DNA of 64,000 bases, from contig JAWOLJ010000066.1 of the NCBI GenBank assembly GCA_033853555.1, forward strand, positions 22,044 to 86,043, written 5' to 3'. Origin of the DNA: Myxococcota bacterium. GTDB lineage: Bacteria; Myxococcota_A; UBA9160. Position 1 is the first letter of the stretch. Every line of letters begins with the position of its first letter. The notes below the pieces were generated by a model. That model was not told the DNA's origin. It saw nothing but the letters and a program-made list of their open reading frames with translations, and made no database searches. Positions 27,394-35,812 of the stretch are shown piece after piece. The position numbers and the translations under genes were made by a program.

Positions 27394-30206
27394 ACGGACG
27401 CCAGCTCGTCCTGGTCGGGAACGGCATGGCCGGCCTCGCCTGCCTCGGCGAGCTGCTGAGGCGCGATCCCTCCTGGCAGACGACCGTGATCGCGGAGGAA
27501 GCGCACACGGGATACAACCGCATCCTCCTCTCGAGCCTCCTCGCCGGGGAGTGCGAGCGCGACGCCACCGGGACCCACGACGCGAACTGGTACGCCGAGC
27601 GCGGGATCGCGCTCCGAAGCGGCGTTCGCGCCACGGCGATCGATCGCGGCAGCCGCTGCGTGCGAGACGCCGGAGGCGTCGAGGTCCCCTACGACGCGCT
27701 CATTCTCGCCACCGGCTCCGACGCGTTCGTGCCACCCGTCGAGGGTGCCTCGCGCCCCGGGGTCCATCTCTTCCGCACGCTCGAGGACACGGAGGCGACC
27801 CTCGCCGCCTGCCGCCGCGCGCGCCGCGCCGTGGTGATCGGCGGAGGGCTCCTCGGGCTCGAGGCAGCGCGCGGGATCGCCCGGCGCAAGATCGACACCA
27901 CGGTGGTTCACCTCATGCCCTGGCTGATGGAGCAGCAGCTCGACGCCGCCGCGGGGGCGCTGCTGCGCGACGCGATCCAGCGCCTGGGGATCCGCGTCCT
28001 GCTCGAGCGCAGGACGCTCCGGATCGAGGGCCCCGAGAGCGCCGCCGGGCCCGGTCGGGTCGAACGGGTGGTGCTGGAGGGGGGCGAGGTGCTCGAGGCC
28101 GACCTGGTGGTGATCGCGGCGGGCGTCCGGCCGCGCGTCGCGCTCGCACGCGAGGCGGGACTCGAGGTGAAGCGCGGGATCGTGGTCGACGACTGGATGC
28201 GCACCAGCGACGCCGCGATCTGGGCGGTCGGCGAGTGCACGGAGCACCGCGGGCGTACCTACGGCCTCGTGGCGCCGCTCTACGAGCAGGGCATCACCCT
28301 GGCCGCGGCGCTCACCGGCGACTTCTCGCGGCCCTACGAGGGGTCGGTCGTCTACTCGCGACTGAAGGTCGCCGGCGTGAACGTGTTCTCGCTCGGTCGC
28401 TTCGCGGCGGAGCGGGAGGGCGAGGGCGCGATCGCGCTGCGCGTCGAGGACGGTGGCGCGGGCCTCTACCGGAAGGTCGTGCTGGAGGACGGTCGCGTGG
28501 TCGGAGGGATCCTCCTCGGCGCCGTCGAGGACGGACCGCGCCTGGTGAACCTGGTGACGCGCGGCCTGCCGGTGCGCGACGAGGCGGAGCGCCGCGCGCT
28601 CCTCCTGGGCTCGCTGGCGGCGGGCGCCGCCACCGCCTCGGCCGAGGCCGAGGAAGAGGCCCGCGTGGCCGGCATGGCCGAGAGCGAGACCGTCTGCGGC
28701 TGCATGGGTGTGAGCAAGGGCGCGCTGGCGGCCGCGATCGCCGCCGGCGCCGCGACGCTCGCCGAGCTCCAGCAGGCGACGCGTGCCTCCACCTCGTGCG
28801 GGAGCTGCGCCGGGAGCTGCCAGGCGCTGCTGCGCGCGCTCACCGGCGCCTCGGGGGCGTCGCGGGGGCCGAAGCTCGTATGCGAGTGCGTTCCGCATCC
28901 GAGGGAGCAGCTCCGCACGGCGATCCGCAACCAGAAGCTCAAGCGCGTGTCGGACGTGCTGCGGATCTACGGAAACGGCGTCGGCTGCGCGGCCTGTCAC
29001 CCGGCTCTCGCGTTCCTCGTGGAGGAGGTCTGGCAGGGGGGCCACCACGAGGAGCGCGGGAGCCGCTTCGTGAACGATCGCGTCCACGCGAACATCCAGA
29101 AGGACGGCACGTTCTCGGTGGTCCCGCGCATGCGTGGGGGCGTGACCTCCTCGGCCGAGCTCCGGCGCATCGCCGACGTCGCAGACCGCTACGCGGTCCC
29201 GCTCGTCAAGCTCACCGGCGGCCAGCGCATCGATCTGCTCGGAGTGAAGAAGGAGACGCTGCCCGCGATCTGGCGCGACCTCGGAATGCCTTCGGGACAC
29301 GCGTACTCGAAGGCGGTCCGCACGGTGAAGACCTGCGTGGGCTCGGACTTCTGCCGCTTCGGCGTGGGCGACTCGACCGCGCTCGGCATCCGGCTGGAGG
29401 AGACGACGGAGCGGCTGCATACGCCGCACAAGGTGAAGATGGGTGTGACCGGGTGCCCGCGAAACTGCGCCGAGGTGACCGTGAAGGACATCGGGCTCCT
29501 GGCGATCCAGGGCGGCTGGGAGCTGTACGTGGGCGGTGCCGCGGGAATGCGCGTGCGCAAGGGCGACCTCCTCGCGCGGGTGGAGGCGCCGGAGGAGGCG
29601 CTCCGCCTCGCGCACCTCTTCCTCCAGTACTACCGCGAGAACGCGGAGTACCAGGAGCGGACCTACGACTTCGTGGAGCGACTCGGCATCGCACGCGTCC
29701 GAGCGGAGACCGTCGAGGCGCCGCCGGAGGCCCAGGCCGCGCTGCTGGAGCGCTTCCAGCGCTCGCGTGCCCTCGCCGAGGAGCCCTGGCAGCGGGCGCT
29801 CGAAGGGCACGACACCGAGCGCGCCTACGCCCCGCTTCCTCCGGTGTCTCTCGATGGTGTCGCGGGCACGGGCTGGGCCCGGGTCGCCGAGCTCGCGGAT
29901 CTCGCGCCGGGAGAGGGACGCGAGGTGTCGGTGGGCGGGCGGCCGGTGGCGCTCTTTCGCACGACGTCGGACGAGGTGCACGCGGTCCACGGACGCTGTC
30001 CCCACGCCGGAGGTCCGCTGGCCGAGGGCCTGCTGGCCGGCTGCGAGGTCACCTGCCCTCTGCACGCCTGGCGCGTAGACCTTTCCACGGGAGAGGCGCG
30101 CTCGCCGGCGGGCAACGCCGACGCGATTCCGGCCTACCGCGTGCGGCTGGAGGACGGCGGGATCTGGCTCGACGTCTCCGCCTGGCGGGGACCGCGGCGC
30201 GCCTGA
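27390..30206 (+). CDS. nirB: Assimilatory NAD(P)H nitrite reductase, large subunit NirB fused to a NirD-like Rieske small-subunit domain
   Basis: GTG start VNGRQLVLVGNGMAGLACL (FAD/NAD Rossmann). ...CGCMGVSKG...STSCGSCAG (BFD-like 2Fe-2S). SVVPRMRGGVTSSAELRRIADV...KTCVGSDFCRFG...TGCPRNCAE (sirohaem/4Fe-4S). C-terminal ...HAVHGRCPHAGGPLAEGLLAGCEVTCPLHAWRVDL (Rieske). GTGA overlap with nasA stop. Confidence 0.85.
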   Translation: MNGRQLVLVGNGMAGLACLGELLRRDPSWQTTVIAEEAHTGYNRILLSSLLAGECERDATGTHDANWYAERGIALRSGVRATAIDRGSRCVRDAGGVEVPYDALILATGSDAFVPPVEGASRPGVHLFRTLEDTEATLAACRRARRAVVIGGGLLGLEAARGIARRKIDTTVVHLMPWLMEQQLDAAAGALLRDAIQRLGIRVLLERRTLRIEGPESAAGPGRVERVVLEGGEVLEADLVVIAAGVRPRVALAREAGLEVKRGIVVDDWMRTSDAAIWAVGECTEHRGRTYGLVAPLYEQGITLAAALTGDFSRPYEGSVVYSRLKVAGVNVFSLGRFAAEREGEGAIALRVEDGGAGLYRKVVLEDGRVVGGILLGAVEDGPRLVNLVTRGLPVRDEAERRALLLGSLAAGAATASAEAEEEARVAGMAESETVCGCMGVSKGALAAAIAAGAATLAELQQATRASTSCGSCAGSCQALLRALTGASGASRGPKLVCECVPHPREQLRTAIRNQKLKRVSDVLRIYGNGVGCAACHPALAFLVEEVWQGGHHEERGSRFVNDRVHANIQKDGTFSVVPRMRGGVTSSAELRRIADVADRYAVPLVKLTGGQRIDLLGVKKETLPAIWRDLGMPSGHAYSKAVRTVKTCVGSDFCRFGVGDSTALGIRLEETTERLHTPHKVKMGVTGCPRNCAEVTVKDIGLLAIQGGWELYVGGAAGMRVRKGDLLARVEAPEEALRLAHLFLQYYRENAEYQERTYDFVERLGIARVRAETVEAPPEAQAALLERFQRSRALAEEPWQRALEGHDTERAYAPLPPVSLDGVAGTGWARVAELADLAPGEGREVSVGGRPVALFRTTSDEVHAVHGRCPHAGGPLAEGLLAGCEVTCPLHAWRVDLSTGEARSPAGNADAIPAYRVRLEDGGIWLDVSAWRGPRRA

Positions 30207-30223
30207 CGCGCGAGGGGAGGCGC

Positions 30224-31648
30224 TTGGAGATCCCGGGCCGTGCCACGAAGCTCGACCTCGCGGACCTGCGCTCCACCCCGATCCGCACGTTCCACGTCAC
30301 GTGGATCGCGTTCTTCCTCTCCTTCCTGGGCTGGTTCGCGGTGGCGCCGCTGATGGCGTGGGTCCGGGACGATCTCCGGCTGAGTCCGCGGCAGGTCGCG
30401 GGCTCCGCCGTCGCCTCCGTCGCCATCACGGTGCTGGCGCGCCTGGTCGTAGGTCGGCTCTGCGATCGCGTGGGTCCCAGGCGTACCTACACCGCCCTGC
30501 TCCTGCTGGGCGCGCTGCCGGTGGCTGCGCTCGGCCTCGCCCGCGACTATCCGACCTTCCTGCTGCTGCGCCTCGTCGTCGGTGCCCTCGGAGCCTCGTT
30601 CGTGATCACCCAATGCCACGTCGCCCTCCTGTTTGCGCCGAACGTGGTGGGCACGGCGAGCGCCACCGCGGCCGGCTGGGGGAATCTCGGCGGGGGCGTC
30701 GCGCAGTTCCTGATGCCCGCGCTGATCGCCGGCCTCGGCTGGCTCGGCGTCGGCCCGGCGTCGGCCTGGCGCCTCGCGCTGCTGGTGCCCGCGGCGGCCT
30801 TGCTGATGGCGGGCATCGCCTACCATCGGCTGACGCGAGACACGCCCCACGGCGACCTGCGCGAGCTTCGCATCGCCGGCGTCCTGCCTCCGCCGGCGCG
30901 CCTCGGAGGCTCGCGAGCTGCGCTCGAGGACCGCGCGGTCTGGCTCCTCTTCCTGGCGTACGCCGCGTGCTTCGGGCTCGAGATCACCCTCGACAACGTC
31001 CTCGCGCTCCACCTGCACGATCGCTTCGGGCTCTCCATCGGTCGCGCCGGCGCCGTGGCGGCGTGCTTCGGCGCGATGAACCTCTTCGCGCGGACGCTCG
31101 GTGGCTGGCTCTCGGACCGCTGCGCGTTGCGCTCGGGGCCGAGGGGGCGGGCGCGGCTCCTGGCCGTCCTGCTGGCGGGCGAGGGCTGCGCGCTCCTGGT
31201 CTTCTCCGCCACCCGTGAGCTCGCGCTCGCGGTTCCGGCGCTGGTCTTGCTCGCGTTCTTCGTGAAGGCCTCGAACGGGGCCACCTTCGGCCTGGTGCCG
31301 TTCGTGAGCGCGCGCTCGCCCGGCACGGTGGCAGGGATCGTCGGGGCGGGTGGAAACATGGGCGCGGTCGCGACGACCCTGCTCCTCTGGGTGTCGGCGC
31401 TCTCTCTCGAACGCGTGCTCGGCATCTTCGCGCTCGGAGTGCTGGCGGTCGCGGCGGCCGCCGGGGCCTGGCTGCCGGCGCGCTTCGAATCTTCCGCCGG
31501 GCGGACCCGACACGGCGCCGAGTCGCTCGCGCCCGGCCGGAGCGGGCTCACTTCGCCGGGGCCTGGATCGGCATCAAGAGCGCGGACTTGGTCTCGCCGG
31601 AGAAGAGGGTCGCCGGAAGCTGCCCGTTCCACTTCTCGATCCACTTGA
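30224..31648 (+). CDS. narK: Nitrate/nitrite transporter (MFS, NNP family, NarK/NasA-type)
   Basis: ...TFHVTWIAFFLSFLGWFAVAPLMAWVRDDLRLS... with 12 predicted TM segments. TTG 30224 after GAGGGGAGG. The C-terminal about 33 aa overlap the convergent SPFH gene. Confidence 0.75.
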   Translation: MEIPGRATKLDLADLRSTPIRTFHVTWIAFFLSFLGWFAVAPLMAWVRDDLRLSPRQVAGSAVASVAITVLARLVVGRLCDRVGPRRTYTALLLLGALPVAALGLARDYPTFLLLRLVVGALGASFVITQCHVALLFAPNVVGTASATAAGWGNLGGGVAQFLMPALIAGLGWLGVGPASAWRLALLVPAAALLMAGIAYHRLTRDTPHGDLRELRIAGVLPPPARLGGSRAALEDRAVWLLFLAYAACFGLEITLDNVLALHLHDRFGLSIGRAGAVAACFGAMNLFARTLGGWLSDRCALRSGPRGRARLLAVLLAGEGCALLVFSATRELALAVPALVLLAFFVKASNGATFGLVPFVSARSPGTVAGIVGAGGNMGAVATTLLLWVSALSLERVLGIFALGVLAVAAAAGAWLPARFESSAGRTRHGAESLAPGRSGLTSPGPGSASRARTWSRRRRGSPEAARSTSRST

Positions 31649-32477
31649 GCTGCACGTAGTTCTCGCCCCCTTGCTTGGCGATCGACTCCGCCTGGATCCG
31701 GATCGCCTCCGCCTCGCCCTTGGCCTGGGCGACCCGCTGCTCGGCCTCGGTCTTGATCCGGGCCAGATCGTTCTCCGCCTTGAGCGCCTTCTGCGTGGCC
31801 GTGACCTTGGCCTCGATCGCCTCGTTGAACTCCTGGGAGAACGAGAACTGCGTGATGCTCACCTGATCCACGCGGATGCCGTGGCTCTTGAGCCGGTTCT
31901 CCAGGTAGAGGGCGATCTTGTCGCGCACCTCCGGGCGACGGGTGATGAGCTGTTCGGCGTCGTACTGCGCCGTGGTGGACTTCACCGCCTCCTGGATCGT
32001 CGGCACGATGATGCGCGCGACGTAGTCGTGGCGGAGATCCCGGTAGATGACGCCGGTCTGCTCCGGGATGAGCGCGTAGTTGAGGGTCACCTCGGTGGTG
32101 ACGTTCTGGAGGTCGTGGCTCGCGGCGTCGGCCTTGGCGCGCTCCGCGTGGACCTGGACGTCCATGTCCTCGACCTCCTCCGCGATCGGAGTCACGAGAT
32201 AGATCCCGCTCGACAGGATCCGACCGGTGACGGCACCGAAGCGCAGCACCACCCCGGTGTAGCCTGCGGGTACGGTGCCCACCCCTCCCTGGAGCAGCGC
32301 GTAGATCAGGATCACCACGATCCCGATCACGAGGGGCCCGTGCCGCAAGCGGAGTCGCGGAGCGCTTCGTTCGGTGCGCTCTACCCAGAAGGAGGCGGAC
32401 GCGGTGGCCAGGACGATCAGGAGAAGGATCACGAGCTTGAGTGCGGAGATCACGGCGAAGCCCTCCTCGCCCGACAA
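31548..32477 (-). CDS. SPFH/band-7 (prohibitin/HflK/C-like) membrane protein
   Basis: N-terminal TM (ISALKLVILLLIVLATASA), then ...VLRFGAVTGRILSSGIYLVTPIAEEVEDMDVQVHAE...coiled coil...KWNGQLPATLFSG. Confidence 0.8.
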   Translation of the reverse strand: MSGEEGFAVISALKLVILLLIVLATASASFWVERTERSAPRLRLRHGPLVIGIVVILIYALLQGGVGTVPAGYTGVVLRFGAVTGRILSSGIYLVTPIAEEVEDMDVQVHAERAKADAASHDLQNVTTEVTLNYALIPEQTGVIYRDLRHDYVARIIVPTIQEAVKSTTAQYDAEQLITRRPEVRDKIALYLENRLKSHGIRVDQVSITQFSFSQEFNEAIEAKVTATQKALKAENDLARIKTEAEQRVAQAKGEAEAIRIQAESIAKQGGENYVQLKWIEKWNGQLPATLFSGETKSALLMPIQAPAK

Positions 32478-32566
32478 TCCTCCGTGACGCTCCGCGAGAA
32501 CGCGAGGGAATTCTTCTACCCGGGCTCGCGGTGTGCGAGAGTGGCGCTCCGGAGGGAGGAGCCGCC

Positions 32567-33592
32567 GTGCTGGAGCACGAGATCCTGGAGCCCGGCGAGC
32601 TCCTCGACGCCTCGGGCCGCCTGCGCGAGGCGGGCTGGGCCCGCTGGCCGCTCCTGGCCTTCGATCCGGCGCGCGTCGGCGGTCGCCTCTTCCAGCAGCT
32701 CCGCCTGAAGCAATGGGACTACTACGGGCTCTGGGCCGGAGATTTCTACGCCTCGGCGGCGATCGCCCACGTGGGCTACCTCGGGATGGCGTTCGTCTAC
32801 GTGCTCGATCCCGCGAGCGCCCGCAATCCGGATCGCACGGTGGTGCGGGCTCTCGGGCGCGGGATCGTGATGCCGCGGGACAGCGAGCGCGGCTCCGTCG
32901 CCTTCGCCGGCGGTGGCCTCGAGGTGGAGCTCGCCGTGGCTCCGGGCGCGCGGCGGATCCGGGCGCGCGACCCGCGCTTCGACGCGGGCGCCGGGCTGGA
33001 GATCGAGGCCGAGCTCGCCCGCGCGCCGGACCACGAGTCCGTGGTGATGGCGACGCCGTTTCCCCGCGGCGGCTTCTTCTACAACCGCAAGCTGAACGTC
33101 CTGCCCGCTCGGGGCTTCGTGCGCTGGGGCGCGCGCCGGATCGAGCTCTCGCCGGAGCGGGCGCTCGGTCAGCTCGACTGGGGTCGAGGAGTCTGGCCGT
33201 ACCGCTCGCATTGGGTGTGGGCGAGCGCGAACGGCTTCGCCGCCGACGGGCGGCGGCTCGGGCTCAATCTCGGCTTCGTACGCGACGAGCGCGCCGCCGC
33301 CGAGAATGCCGTGATCCTGGACGGGCGGATCCACAAGCTCGGCTGGGTGGACGCCGAGTTCGACCCGCGCGACTACCGCAAGCCCTGGCGCTTCCGCGAC
33401 CGCGAGGGGCGGCTCGATGTCACGCTGAGTCCGTCCTTCGAGCGGATCGCTCGCACCGAGGCGCTGGTGCTGCGAAGCCGGGTGCACCAGTGCTTCGGCC
33501 GCTGGTCCGGTCGCGCGGTCCTGGAGGACGATCGGGAGCTCTCGATCTCGGGTCTCCCGGGCTTCGCCGAGGAGCACCACGCACGCTGGTGA
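32567..33592 (+). CDS. DUF2804-family protein
   Basis: GTG 32567 preceded by GGAGGGAGGAG. ...LLAFDPARVGGRLFQQLRLKQWDYYGLWAGDFYASAAIAHVGYLGMAFVYVLD...FYNRKLNVLPARG; I recognise this pattern as DUF2804 from memory. Confidence 0.65.
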   Translation: MLEHEILEPGELLDASGRLREAGWARWPLLAFDPARVGGRLFQQLRLKQWDYYGLWAGDFYASAAIAHVGYLGMAFVYVLDPASARNPDRTVVRALGRGIVMPRDSERGSVAFAGGGLEVELAVAPGARRIRARDPRFDAGAGLEIEAELARAPDHESVVMATPFPRGGFFYNRKLNVLPARGFVRWGARRIELSPERALGQLDWGRGVWPYRSHWVWASANGFAADGRRLGLNLGFVRDERAAAENAVILDGRIHKLGWVDAEFDPRDYRKPWRFRDREGRLDVTLSPSFERIARTEALVLRSRVHQCFGRWSGRAVLEDDRELSISGLPGFAEEHHARW

Positions 33593-33776
33593 GCGAGGCC
33601 CGATCGCCGCGACGGCGGCCGTCGGCACGCCTTCGGGCCGATTGACCGGCGCGCCCGCCGGCGGTACCAGAGAGGCATTCGGGGGCGCGCGCTGCCGCGT
33701 TTCTCGTTCCCGCCCGCTCTCCCGCGCCGCGTGCCGCCTCCCTGCCATCGCGTCCCACGCGATCGGAGGAGCCCGC

Positions 33777-34481
33777 ATGTCCCTGATCCACGTCCTCACG
33801 ACGAGGCCTCGACCCGACATGGCGCGCACCTACGAGGGGATCGTGCAACGCATCGCCGAGCGGGCGCGCAGCACGCGCGAGAAGTTCCGCTGGACGGCGC
33901 ACCAGACGATCCACGGCGCCGCGCCGGCCTACCACTTCGTGAGCGAGGCGCCCGACTGGACCACGCTCAGCGCCGGCGATCTCACGGCGGTGGCCTTCGT
34001 GATGCGGCTCTTCGGCTCGAAGGACGGCCAGAAGGTGCGCGACGAGCTCGCCGCCTGCGCCAGCCACAGCGTGAGCCGGATTGGTCGCGACCGGCCCGAT
34101 CTCTCCTGCCTCGGCGACGAGCCCGAGCTCGCCCGCGGCCGTGCACCGTTCGGGCTGGTGACGCGCATCGTCGCGCGCCCCGGCCACCAGGACGCCGTGG
34201 AGGAGCTGCTGCGCAAGCTCGCGGAGGCGATCCCGAAGCTCGACGATCCCACCCGCGTCGCCGCCTACCAGACGGTGATCGGCCCGCTCCGCGGCTACTG
34301 GACGGTGCGGCCGCTGATCAGCCTCGGCGACCTCGACGCCCAGTCGATGCCGGGCGACCTCCTGATCCGCGCCTTCGGCGCGGGCGAGGGCGGGCTCGTC
34401 CACCGGAGCGGCCTCGAGGCGATCGAGCGCTCCCTACGCACGATCGTGACGCTGCGGCCCGAGCTCTCGAACATGGGCTGA
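33777..34481 (+). CDS. Hypothetical protein (234 aa)
   Basis: ATG 33777 with GGAGGA 7 nt upstream; MSLIHVLTTRPRPDMARTYEGIVQRIAERARSTREKFRWTAHQTIHGAAPAYHFVSEAPDW...; no confident family. Confidence 0.5.
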   Translation: MSLIHVLTTRPRPDMARTYEGIVQRIAERARSTREKFRWTAHQTIHGAAPAYHFVSEAPDWTTLSAGDLTAVAFVMRLFGSKDGQKVRDELAACASHSVSRIGRDRPDLSCLGDEPELARGRAPFGLVTRIVARPGHQDAVEELLRKLAEAIPKLDDPTRVAAYQTVIGPLRGYWTVRPLISLGDLDAQSMPGDLLIRAFGAGEGGLVHRSGLEAIERSLRTIVTLRPELSNMG

Positions 34482-34603
34482 GGGGCGGGCGGCCCCGAGG
34501 GTGACCGACGCCCCTTGGCGACTCCGTCGGAACGCGTCGTGGCGGCATGGGACTTCTCCTGCACCAGCTGGACGGGCGATCGCAGTCGGGTGTAGAAGGG
34601 GGC

Positions 34604-35788
34604 ATGCGCTGGCTCCTGCCCGTCCTGCTGCTCGGGCTCGCCCTCGCCACTCCGGCGCGCGGCGCGAGCAGCGCCGCGGCTCCGGTGATCCCATCGGGCA
34701 CACCGCTCAGCGACGCGGTCCTGGCGGAGCTTCCCTTCCTGCCCGTCGACGAGCCGAACCGGATCGTCGTGGATCTCGCCCCGGACGGAAGCCCTCCTCT
34801 CCGGCTGCTCCTCGATACCGGCGCATCGGATTCGGTCCTGACGCCGCGCTACGCGCGGAGGCTCGGAGTGAGCGTTCGCGCGCAGAAGAGCACGCCGTAT
34901 CGCCGGGCGACCCGACTGGGACGGGACCTCCAGTTCTGGGTGGACACCCAGAGCAGCGACACTGCTTCGAGGATCGGCTGGGAATACGGACTCCTCGGCG
35001 GCACCTTCCTGCGCCAGTACGTCGTCGAGCTGGATTTCGCAGCACATCGCGTGCGGCTCCTCGATCCGCAACGCTACGAGGTGCCGCAGCAGGCCGATGC
35101 CGATGACGACGCCGTCCTTCCGCTCGAGCTCGTCGGAAACCGGCCGCTGGTCGATCTCTCGATCGCAGGGCACACGGTGCGCCTCATGCTCGATACCGGT
35201 GTGTGGAATGCCGCCCTCGTCTCCGGGAGTGTCGCCCGCACGGCGGGGCTCGAGACCGCTGCGCTCGCGGGGCTGCGCGCCGGTTCGGTATGGGGTCCGC
35301 TCGACGTGGAGTTCGCGGAGGCGCCGAGCGTCCGGGTCGGGCCGTTCGAGCTCTCGAACGTTCCCGTGCTGGTGGCGCCGCACGGGTGGTACAACATGGG
35401 CCCGGCGACGGACTCGATGCTCGGCTACGACCTCCTCTCTCAGTTCACCGTGCGCATCGACTACCCGCGCCGGCGGCTCTGGCTGCGGCGACGACCGAAC
35501 GTCGAGCTGACCTATGCCGGTGTCTCCTACGCCGCGCAGCGGGCTGCCGGCCTGCTGGTGTGGTCGGAGCAGCGGGGGCTGCGGGTCGCGGGGATCTTCC
35601 CCGATTCTCCGGCGGCTCGCCTCGGGATCCGCCCCGACGATGTGGTGGTTCCGGTGGGCGGCCAGACGGCGCCAGGCTTCGGGGCTGCGACGCTCGAGGT
35701 GATCGCACGCGGAGGCGCCGTCACCGTCTCGCGTCGGATCCACGGCGCCCGGGTCGACCTGCCCCTGCCCTCGGCGCCGGGCGACTAG
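34604..35788 (+). CDS. Secreted pepsin/retropepsin-like aspartyl protease with C-terminal PDZ domain
   Basis: Signal peptide MRWLLPVLLLGLALATPARG. Two Asp-Thr-Gly motifs (LLLDTGASDSVL, LMLDTGVWNAAL). C-terminal ...GLRVAGIFPDSPAARLGIRPDDVVVPVGG (PDZ GLGF-like). Confidence 0.7.
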   Translation: MRWLLPVLLLGLALATPARGASSAAAPVIPSGTPLSDAVLAELPFLPVDEPNRIVVDLAPDGSPPLRLLLDTGASDSVLTPRYARRLGVSVRAQKSTPYRRATRLGRDLQFWVDTQSSDTASRIGWEYGLLGGTFLRQYVVELDFAAHRVRLLDPQRYEVPQQADADDDAVLPLELVGNRPLVDLSIAGHTVRLMLDTGVWNAALVSGSVARTAGLETAALAGLRAGSVWGPLDVEFAEAPSVRVGPFELSNVPVLVAPHGWYNMGPATDSMLGYDLLSQFTVRIDYPRRRLWLRRRPNVELTYAGVSYAAQRAAGLLVWSEQRGLRVAGIFPDSPAARLGIRPDDVVVPVGGQTAPGFGAATLEVIARGGAVTVSRRIHGARVDLPLPSAPGD

Positions 35789-35812
35789 CCGCGTCTGCCC
35801 GCGCCGCCTTCC

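Noticed and set aside
24022-30065. ORFs 24022..27345(-) (1107 aa) and 26334..30065(-) (1243 aa) opposite nasA/nirB
   Set aside because: Only the last 313 codons of the first ORF (the PEP-CTERM protein) are credible. The rest is antisense to well-supported nasA/nirBD.
27551-31648. 1365-aa forward ORF merging an out-of-frame stretch over nirB with narK
   Set aside because: Only the C-terminal 475 codons (from TTG 30224) show the MFS/NarK pattern. The upstream part is an alternative frame of nirB.
33606-33626. Weak inverted repeat CGACGG-cgg-CCGTCG after the DUF2804 gene as a terminator
   Set aside because: Short 6-bp stem, no U-tract, and the next gene is co-directional only about 180 bp away; insufficient evidence.
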